Source: Candidatus Electrothrix sp. GW3-4
GTDB taxonomy: Bacteria; Desulfobacterota; Desulfobulbia; Desulfobulbales; Desulfobulbaceae
Assembly: GCF_037902255.1 (NCBI RefSeq)
Contig: NZ_CP147990.1
Location: forward strand, 2,490,001-2,522,000
Length of the DNA stretch: 32,000 nt
Direction: 5' to 3'
Positions 12,527-19,152 of the stretch are shown in pieces; the first letter of the stretch is position 1; each line of letters begins with the position of its first letter. The notes beneath the pieces are model-generated. The model did not search any database. It saw only the letters and a list, made by a program, of their open reading frames with translations, and was not told the origin of the DNA. Position numbers and translations under genes: made by a program.

Positions 12527-14376
12527 AGCTCGGTCAGATCGGTTTTGATGCTGCGAACCTCCAGCAACGAAATTTCTTCAGCATCGGTTATCGACTGCAC
12601 CTGCTCGGTCAGCGGATCAGGCAGGTCCACCGAGCAACTGCTGTCGTCGCTCAGGACCAGCTTGATCGCCGGTCGGCGATAGGAAAGAGCGGCCAGCAGA
12701 CTGGTATGCTGCTGCGGGACCTGGGTGGGCACATGGCGGGCAACGACCAACCGTCTGCCCTGCTGACAGAGCCAGACTCTCTGCTCCGGCTGCTCATTCG
12801 AAGGAAGCAACTCAGGGTCCAGGGCATGGCCGCTCCGGCTGGTGGGTTGGCCCGGATTGAGCTGGGAGAAAATGGTCTGCAGCTCCCTATACGCCACACC
12901 CCGTTGCACAGCAGGCCCGCACATCCGACTCTCCAGACGGATGGCCCAGGCCTGACAGGCAGGGTCGGCCAGTTTTCCCTGGGCAGACAGCTGCGTAAGA
13001 AAGGCACAACCCGTCTGGATATCCTGCTCCATTACCTTCCGTTCCTGCCCCTGAAAAACCGCCTCCTTGTCCAGCAGGGCCTCGACATTGAGCAGCTCCT
13101 CAAACCAGATCTCCTCCGCCAGGGGCTGCCGCCAATACCTGAGCTGCTGTAGGGCGAAGCGCTGCTCTTCCGGCGGCAAGGTCGCGAATTTTTGCAACCG
13201 CTCTTTACGGGCCTGGCTATGGAAGGTGGCTGCCACATTATGCGGTTCCCGGATATCCGGGTGCTGCCAGCACAGGGCCTCGATTACTGCGGGCGGCTGC
13301 GCCCCGAAACGGTGCATCCCCAGACGGAGGCAACGCAGGAGCTGGGGTTCCAGGCGCAGAGCCGGGGCAGCCAGGGTAAGCAGCTGTTCTGTCCAGTCGT
13401 TCTGCCTGTCCGGGCCTTCTTCTATATCTGCGGGGAAGGGCCGGGCCTGTGCATCCCAGCTGAGACAGCGGATCTGTCGCCGGACAAGGGCGGGATAGTC
13501 GGCAGGCGCACAGGGCGTCAGCAGGGTGATTGGATTGCCGTTGCGCAACAGGCACTGCACCAGCTGCTGATACTGCTGCTGGCGCCGGTTGAAGCTGCGG
13601 GGCTCCCTACCGGCCTGCTGCGACAGCCGCCCCAGATCGCTGAGCAGCAGGACCGGGGTCCCGGTGGGCGGCAGGCGAAAGGGCTGGAGGACAAAATCCC
13701 TGCTGATCTGCCGGGGTTCTGTGTCGCCGTTGGTGATCACGGCCCTACTGATCTGTCCCGACCCAAAGGTGTCGTACAGGTGCAGGGTGAGCCAGGTATG
13801 ATCCGACCAGAACGGGGTGAGATGGACCTGGCGGTCATCAATGATCTGCAGGGCGTCCAGGCTCTGCTGCTGCGCCGTGACAGGCAGTCTGCCGGGAAAT
13901 TCCGCCCGGCTGAGCTTGTCAATGAGAACCGGCAGATCAATGGAGCGCCCCCCCTGGCAGTCCAGGGCCAGCCAGGGAAAGAGGCGGGTACGCAGGTCTT
14001 CCAGGCTGGTCAGGGCCGGATATACCGGTGGTACCTCGGGACGGTTCTGCCAGGCGACCGGGCGGGTACTGATGACCGTCTCTTTCCTTTTTTCTTGCTC
14101 CTGTTTTCGACGCTCTGCAGCATCCTTGAGCGATGCATAACGGACAAGCTGGAGATAGCGGGCCGTGAGTTGGGCGGTGGGGCTGCGGTTCAGAACAGGA
14201 GTAAAACTTACTGGCTGGCCGGTGACTGTAATTGAGGCTGATTGAATAGCAAACCGGGTTGTTTCTCCGGCTTCATAGCGCAGGCCTAATTCTCGGCCAA
14301 TCCTGTTGCCAAGCTGCTGATCTCCTTCAGCCAGGGCCACGAGCAGGTCGGCCCGGCTGAGCTGGCCTGGTTTCAT
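12343..14376 (-). CDS. 677-aa protein of unknown function; its C-terminus carries the pre-FGS linker motif
   Basis: Long ORF whose ATG overlaps the AAA+ stop as ATGA. I recognise no catalytic motif. It ends ...KPKWASAVGQDCFGLYADLHI, then reads out of frame through a hairpin-repeat insertion into the FGS module. Confidence 0.8.
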   Translation of the reverse strand: MKPGQLSRADLLVALAEGDQQLGNRIGRELGLRYEAGETTRFAIQSASITVTGQPVSFTPVLNRSPTAQLTARYLQLVRYASLKDAAERRKQEQEKRKETVISTRPVAWQNRPEVPPVYPALTSLEDLRTRLFPWLALDCQGGRSIDLPVLIDKLSRAEFPGRLPVTAQQQSLDALQIIDDRQVHLTPFWSDHTWLTLHLYDTFGSGQISRAVITNGDTEPRQISRDFVLQPFRLPPTGTPVLLLSDLGRLSQQAGREPRSFNRRQQQYQQLVQCLLRNGNPITLLTPCAPADYPALVRRQIRCLSWDAQARPFPADIEEGPDRQNDWTEQLLTLAAPALRLEPQLLRCLRLGMHRFGAQPPAVIEALCWQHPDIREPHNVAATFHSQARKERLQKFATLPPEEQRFALQQLRYWRQPLAEEIWFEELLNVEALLDKEAVFQGQERKVMEQDIQTGCAFLTQLSAQGKLADPACQAWAIRLESRMCGPAVQRGVAYRELQTIFSQLNPGQPTSRSGHALDPELLPSNEQPEQRVWLCQQGRRLVVARHVPTQVPQQHTSLLAALSYRRPAIKLVLSDDSSCSVDLPDPLTEQVQSITDAEEISLLEVRSIKTDLTELCLQALIKPKWASAVGQDCFGLYADLHIPCSQASAGPQASAWGPEKRTCASVFVGFRRVSL
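12398..12440. repeat. Hairpin-repeat insertion (one full and one half core) in the 677-aa/FGS linker
   Basis: GGTCCCCAAGCCGAAGCTTGGGGACC (8-bp stem CCCCAAGC/GCTTGGGG) followed by AGCGGAAGCTTGGGAAC. Confidence 0.6.
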
Positions 14377-15449
14377 GGTGCCTCAGCCAGGCTGTCCCGG
14401 GGAAAATCGGGATGCTTTTTCGAGGTGAAGCGGGACAGGGTAGTGAGCAGCTCGACAAACTCCTCTGGGCTCCGTTCCTTCTTCAGCTTATCCATGCCCC
14501 GCAGCAGGTCAAAATACTCGGCCTGACCGGGCAGGGGGTGGAGATTTTTCTCCTGGGCAAGGGCCCTGTCATTCAGGATCATTTCAGCGGCAGCCTGCAA
14601 CACATTTTTATCACGCTCCATTTTGTCGTTTTCCAATTCGGGAAAATTCGGCGCGCCGTGCTTAACCAGATAGGCCACCTGCTCCGCACGATTTTCCGGC
14701 AGGCCCAGGGTCACGGAGAGACAACGGCGGATAAAGGCATCCGGCAGGATCCGTTCCTCATTGGTGGTGATGATGATGAGGGGAGGGATGCCCTCGGCCT
14801 CCACCGGCCTGTCCATCCCTTCGGGATGGAAGCGGTTTGCCCCCAGGACCTCCAGCAGGCCGTTGGGCACGCTGCTGTCGGCCTTGTCGATTTCATCGAT
14901 CAGGACAACGGCTCCGTTGCTTTCCGCCTTGTCCGCATTGAGATAATGGGCCATGGGATTTTCAGAAAGACCGCAGGGATCTTCCGCCTTTTCACCGACA
15001 CCGGCTTGCTGCCGACAGGACTGAATTTTTGCATACTGTTTCCCAGCCGATTGCCAGTTCAGGGCCTGCCAAAGCGGGCCGGGAGAGAGATAGTTGGCCT
15101 TGGCAAGGCGCTCCCTTGCCCGGCAGCGTTCGTTTTCATCCTTACATAAGGCCCCCTCTATCTGGGCATCCGCCAGCCGGGCCACGGCATCAAAGGAACA
15201 GAGCAGGTCCTTGGCCTCGGTGGAATGGTTGACCGTGAAAGGGATATAGGTGCGTTTGAGGGCCGCAGCGGCTGCCTTGGCCAGCTGGCTCTTGCCAGCA
15301 CCGGGTTCGCCCCGGATCAGCAGGGGCCGGTTGATGGCCAGGGCCGCGTTGACGGCATCAATGGCGTCCTGCTCAAAGACGTAGATGTGTTCTTCACCGT
15401 GGTCGTTGGTGATGGTCGGACGGGCACCTTTGAGTATCTTATTCTTCAT
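14373..15449 (-). CDS. MoxR-like AAA+ ATPase (AAA_5 type)
   Basis: 358 aa. Walker A LLIRGEPGAGKSQLA, Walker B AVVLIDEIDKAD, then NGLLEVL...PLIIITTNEERILPDAFIRRC (sensor and arginine region), as in the MoxR/CbbQ/NorQ class. Confidence 0.88.
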   Translation of the reverse strand: MKNKILKGARPTITNDHGEEHIYVFEQDAIDAVNAALAINRPLLIRGEPGAGKSQLAKAAAAALKRTYIPFTVNHSTEAKDLLCSFDAVARLADAQIEGALCKDENERCRARERLAKANYLSPGPLWQALNWQSAGKQYAKIQSCRQQAGVGEKAEDPCGLSENPMAHYLNADKAESNGAVVLIDEIDKADSSVPNGLLEVLGANRFHPEGMDRPVEAEGIPPLIIITTNEERILPDAFIRRCLSVTLGLPENRAEQVAYLVKHGAPNFPELENDKMERDKNVLQAAAEMILNDRALAQEKNLHPLPGQAEYFDLLRGMDKLKKERSPEEFVELLTTLSRFTSKKHPDFPRDSLAEAP

Positions 15450-16923
15450 CGTGTTTTCTTTCAGCTATAAGGGCGGGCAGATTAATAAGCAAAGGGAGTT
15501 CCGCTTTTTCAAGGTCGGGATTTCCCGCGGCCAAATTCAAGATGATCAAGTTGGGATATTCCTCTGCATACTTGGCGAGTTTCTTCAGTTCTTCACTTCC
15601 GAAACGGACAATGAGATAAAAACTGTTTCCCTCTTTTCGTGCTTGGCTCAACCGCCCGTTAACCAGGTTTTTTGGATTAAATCCCGGCTGATCCTTTGCA
15701 AAGCGCTCTGCCAGTAGGTTATCCAGGGCTGACGTGGAAAGAATATTTTTATTTAGGACATCAAAGACATGTATGCCGTCTTTATCAATACCGTTTTCAG
15801 GCGGTGAGGAGAGGGCAAAACGCCCCCGCATAACAAAGGCTCTGTAGTCCTGTTTCGTTTTCCCAGCAGGACGGGAGGCAGTAACATAGGCCTTGCGGCA
15901 ATCAAAAGCAGCCATACTGCATTCCGCAGCAACGTCGCAGATACAGTCGATATCAATTGCCCCCTCTGCTGACCGATCGATCACCACTGATTGGTTGATA
16001 AAATACCACGGCAATAGGGCCAGAGCCAAGGTCCGTCTGTCTTCCTGATTCGTGTCCAGCTGTTCAATATACTCTAAAAAATCTGGGAGACTCTGCTGCA
16101 CCAGCTCACGGACAACCTGTCCCGGCTCTGCTGAACCGCCCAACGCCTTTTTCAGGTTTGCTTTCTCATTGAGCATCTGGTCAGCAAGTTTGAGAATTTT
16201 TTCCGATTTTGTGCTGTAGCTAGTATCAAATTTCTGGAGGATACGCCTGAATTCTTCGTCTCCATCCCATAGGCGTTTGAGGTAAACAGCTGTCAGACGA
16301 TTCGGAATAACCTCTTTTTTCCTTTCCGAATCATACTCAAAATATCTGCGAAGAATTCCGGCAAGTTTTCCTTGGATAAAAATCGGACTCCCGGATGCTT
16401 CACGCCAGTCTCTCATGCAGGGCAACGTAGTAGTAACATTCAGCTGAAGATGTTTACCCCCAGCGGCAGGGGCTTCAAAAGTCCCGGAGAAGAGTTCCAA
16501 TCCATCTGTATCTTGAGTTTCTCTGTTATAATATGGATAACCGCCGCCTTTCCAGTCTCCGGGTTCTTCAAGTTCATTGAGGAGCAATAGGTCAATGTTA
16601 GCTGCGGCCTGTTCACAGTGCAGCAACACTATATCATACTCTTCAGATGCAAAGAGAATACCCTCTTCATCCAACAGACCTTGCAGAGTTGTTGCCTGAA
16701 AAGTAATCTCATAGTCGGTATCTTTGGCCCCCTGTGACCTGATGTGCACAAGTATAGGGCGCTGATTATCGTATGCGCCATCAGCAGCGGCAAAACCGTG
16801 ACGGCAGGTGATAAGAATCCCATTACCGAGGATATAACCGGAAAAATACCTGTGCGCCTTCACACCCTTGCTTATGGTGGGTAGAGCAAGACGAACTATC
16901 CGATTTTGGATTTCCTCTCTCAA
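15439..16923 (-). CDS. Trypsin-like serine protease (N-terminal ~215 aa) fused to an unrecognised ~280-aa C-terminal domain
   Basis: Catalytic-triad contexts: ILITCRHGF (His), EYDIVLLH (Asp), EASGSPIF (Ser), in the order and spacing of the chymotrypsin fold. TTG start overlaps the upstream stop (TTGA), with GGAG 7 nt upstream. Confidence 0.8.
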   Translation of the reverse strand: MREEIQNRIVRLALPTISKGVKAHRYFSGYILGNGILITCRHGFAAADGAYDNQRPILVHIRSQGAKDTDYEITFQATTLQGLLDEEGILFASEEYDIVLLHCEQAAANIDLLLLNELEEPGDWKGGGYPYYNRETQDTDGLELFSGTFEAPAAGGKHLQLNVTTTLPCMRDWREASGSPIFIQGKLAGILRRYFEYDSERKKEVIPNRLTAVYLKRLWDGDEEFRRILQKFDTSYSTKSEKILKLADQMLNEKANLKKALGGSAEPGQVVRELVQQSLPDFLEYIEQLDTNQEDRRTLALALLPWYFINQSVVIDRSAEGAIDIDCICDVAAECSMAAFDCRKAYVTASRPAGKTKQDYRAFVMRGRFALSSPPENGIDKDGIHVFDVLNKNILSTSALDNLLAERFAKDQPGFNPKNLVNGRLSQARKEGNSFYLIVRFGSEELKKLAKYAEEYPNLIILNLAAGNPDLEKAELPLLINLPALIAERKHDEE

Positions 16924-17285
16924 CGATCATCTCCAGCGAGATTCACATTAGAATCATCGGCATTTTTGGCCGCTAAACTCAGTTTAATCTTCTGTTCAGA
17001 GACCTTTTGATATTCCCCTTCCGCACTGAGATCAATTTGTGCGCCCACCTTTCCCACCAGATATTTGACCAGGCCCTCGCTGAGGTCTACCTTGCCAACG
17101 GCCTTGCCGCCCCCTTTGACCTTCTTGGCAATGGTCAGGTTGAGCTCCAGCTCAATATCCTTCACACCAAAGCGAATCTGCTTCCCTTCTCCCTGCGCTT
17201 GCGCCTTTTCCAGCTCACTCCTCAAGCCCTCAATCACCTCTGCCAACTCAACAACTGTTGCTGCCTGGGTGTCTTTCTCGCCCAT
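16920..17285 (-). CDS. Trypco2-like (trypsin-co-occurring domain 2) small protein
   Basis: 121 aa. LAEVIEGLRSELEKAQAQGEGKQIRFGVKDIELELNLTI...GGGKA...QKIKLSL matches my memory of the trypco2 pattern: a helix, then R-F-x-V-x-x-hELEh, a Gly-rich loop, then h-K-h-x-L. It sits directly upstream of a trypsin-like protease. AGGAGGG RBS. Confidence 0.65.
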   Translation of the reverse strand: MGEKDTQAATVVELAEVIEGLRSELEKAQAQGEGKQIRFGVKDIELELNLTIAKKVKGGGKAVGKVDLSEGLVKYLVGKVGAQIDLSAEGEYQKVSEQKIKLSLAAKNADDSNVNLAGDDR

Positions 17286-17322
17286 GATATCCCTCCTGAG
17301 TAAATTTTTTCCTGATGTTCCT

Positions 17323-17431
17323 GGTTCCCAAGCTCCGACTTGGGAATCCCTGCTCTGGAAGCTCTGCTTCCCATATGAAGCGGAGCTTCATGGTGTTCGT
17401 CCCCAAGCAGAGCCAGGGAACCAGCGGAACC
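17323..17431. repeat. Structured repeat, copy C (right island boundary, between cbiD stop and trypco2 start)
   Basis: H1: GGTTCCCAAG-CTCCGA-CTTGGGAATC. Outer stem GCTCTGCTT (17361-17369) / AAGCAGAGC (17405-17413), enclosing ATGAAGC-GGA-GCTTCAT (17375-17391). Confidence 0.7.
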
Positions 17432-17452
17432 AAAGATTGCTCTGCCCGGCAA

Positions 17453-18544
17453 TCAAACCTGCTCAATCACGCCGTCCTCCGAGGTCACAAGATAAACGCT
17501 GACCGGGAGGCCGGAGCATTCCTTTGCATATTGCCGGGCCTTACGACAGACGGCCCGCACCAGATCGTCCCTGTTCTTTTCCTGTAGGCGCTGCAAGATC
17601 TCCCGGGCCGTATTGGCCTGCCTCATCCGGGCAACGCTGTCCCGATCCAGCCCCAGCTCCCCCAGGAGATCGGCGGCCTGCTCCATCTCCAGGGCCCCAT
17701 TGCGGACATGGGTCTGGGGTATGCAGAGGGCGCCCTTGAGGACCTTGGCCCACATGCCCGCCAGATGTATTTCACGGAAGCCATGCCGACCAGCCGCTTT
17801 CAAGGCATATTCCAGATAATCCCCCATCATTACTTGGGCCTCTTCCGGGAGTTGAAGGAGCTTCTGCACGGCGGCCTCTGAGGTCCGCCCTGTGGAAAGG
17901 ATGACCTGGTCCAGCCCGGCGGCCCGAGCCACCTGCATGGAGGCATCAATGGTGTCGGTCCAGGCCTTGGCCGAGACCGGTCGGACAATGCCGGTGGTGC
18001 CCAGGATGGACAGACCACCGATGATGCCCAGGCGCCGATTCAGGGTCTTTTCTGCCAGCTCTTCCCCATCACGGACAGAGATGGTCACCAGCAAGGATAC
18101 CGGCTTCGGCAGGGAGTCCGTCACTTCAGTTATTGCTTCGGCCACGGCCTCCCGGATCATCTGGCGGGGCACCGGGTTAATAGCCGGTTCCCCCACCGCA
18201 ATGGAGAGGCCGGGCTTGGTCACGGTCCCTACGCCAGTACCGGCCCGGATCGTCACCGTCTCATCGCCCTCACCTGCTGCTTCCTTACTGACTTTGCGGA
18301 CAACGGCAATAATCTCGGCCCCGTTGGTCACGTCCGGGTCATCACCGGCATCCTTGATGACAGAGGCGCTTGCCGTATTATCTTCCAGGGTACAGATATG
18401 GAGTGAAAAACAACGACGCTCTCCATCCGGGAAAGGGATATCCACCTGTTGTGGGTAGGATTCACCAAGTAGCATAAGGGTAGCAGCCTTAGCCGCAGCA
18501 GCAGCGCAGGCGCCAGTGGTATAGCCGGATCGGAGTTCAGCCAT
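17453..18544 (-). CDS. cbiD: Cobalt-precorrin-5B (C1)-methyltransferase CbiD
   Basis: [21 protein letters not shown]...[14 protein letters not shown]...[24 protein letters not shown] are typical CbiD motifs. I chose ATG 18544. The ORF-track extension to 18709 overlaps the upstream macro-domain gene and looks non-coding. Confidence 0.88.
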   Translation of the reverse strand: MAELRSGYTTGACAAAAAKAATLMLLGESYPQQVDIPFPDGERRCFSLHICTLEDNTASASVIKDAGDDPDVTNGAEIIAVVRKVSKEAAGEGDETVTIRAGTGVGTVTKPGLSIAVGEPAINPVPRQMIREAVAEAITEVTDSLPKPVSLLVTISVRDGEELAEKTLNRRLGIIGGLSILGTTGIVRPVSAKAWTDTIDASMQVARAAGLDQVILSTGRTSEAAVQKLLQLPEEAQVMMGDYLEYALKAAGRHGFREIHLAGMWAKVLKGALCIPQTHVRNGALEMEQAADLLGELGLDRDSVARMRQANTAREILQRLQEKNRDDLVRAVCRKARQYAKECSGLPVSVYLVTSEDGVIEQV

Positions 18545-19058
18545 TTTCTCCGTCGTACCTGGAAAGGGCCTGAGTGAATGCCGAGATTGCGGCCTGATTG
18601 AAACAGCAGATAGAGACGGTTGCAATCTTTCCGGGATGGGCATGAAGAAAGGTCGCGATCTCTCGCACGGCGATGTCCGCAGCCTGCGGCAGGGGATACC
18701 CATAAACACCGCAGCTTATGGCTGGGAAGGCTATTGTGCGCAGGTTATGCTTCAAGGCAAGTGCCAGAGAGGTGCGGTAGCAACTGGCAAGCAATTCAGG
18801 TTCTTGCTGCTTGCCGCCGCGCCAGATAGGCCCGACGGTATGAATGACATGGCGGGCAGGCAGGTTATGACCTCCTGTGATCCTTGCCGCGCCAGTATGG
18901 CAGCCGTTGAGCTGCCTGCACTCTGCAAGCAGTCCTGGTCCAGCGGCACGGTGAATCGCCCCATCAACGCCACCGCCTCCGAGCAACGAGCGGTTTGCGG
19001 CATTGACGATCGCGTCAGCCTGGAGGGTTGTTATGTCTGCCTTGATTACTTCAAGCAT
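18537..19058 (-). CDS. Macro-domain protein (O-acetyl-ADP-ribose deacetylase-like)
   Basis: 173 aa. [26 protein letters not shown]...VIHTVGPIW...[14 protein letters not shown] is the canonical macro-domain signature. Confidence 0.9.
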   Translation of the reverse strand: MLEVIKADITTLQADAIVNAANRSLLGGGGVDGAIHRAAGPGLLAECRQLNGCHTGAARITGGHNLPARHVIHTVGPIWRGGKQQEPELLASCYRTSLALALKHNLRTIAFPAISCGVYGYPLPQAADIAVREIATFLHAHPGKIATVSICCFNQAAISAFTQALSRYDGENG

Positions 19059-19152
19059 CGTGTTATCATCTCACCTGAATTCGTATAATAAATGGTCCCT
19101 TCCCTTGTACCAAACTCTTCCTTTTCCGCTATTAAAACGAAACTCACTCCTC

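Noticed and set aside
13192-14235. 347-aa plus-strand ORF, and other long plus-strand ORFs at 12706-13152 and 13067-13498, opposite the 677-aa gene
   Set aside because: These are antisense shadow ORFs in a GC-rich region. They are Arg/Gly/Pro-rich and low-complexity, have no RBS, and the minus-strand ORF is chained to its neighbours by start/stop overlaps.
18545-18709. N-terminal extension of CbiD to the ORF-track start at 18709
   Set aside because: The extension overlaps the macro-domain gene in another frame and is not CbiD-like. The canonical CbiD N-terminus [21 protein letters not shown] starts at ATG 18544.
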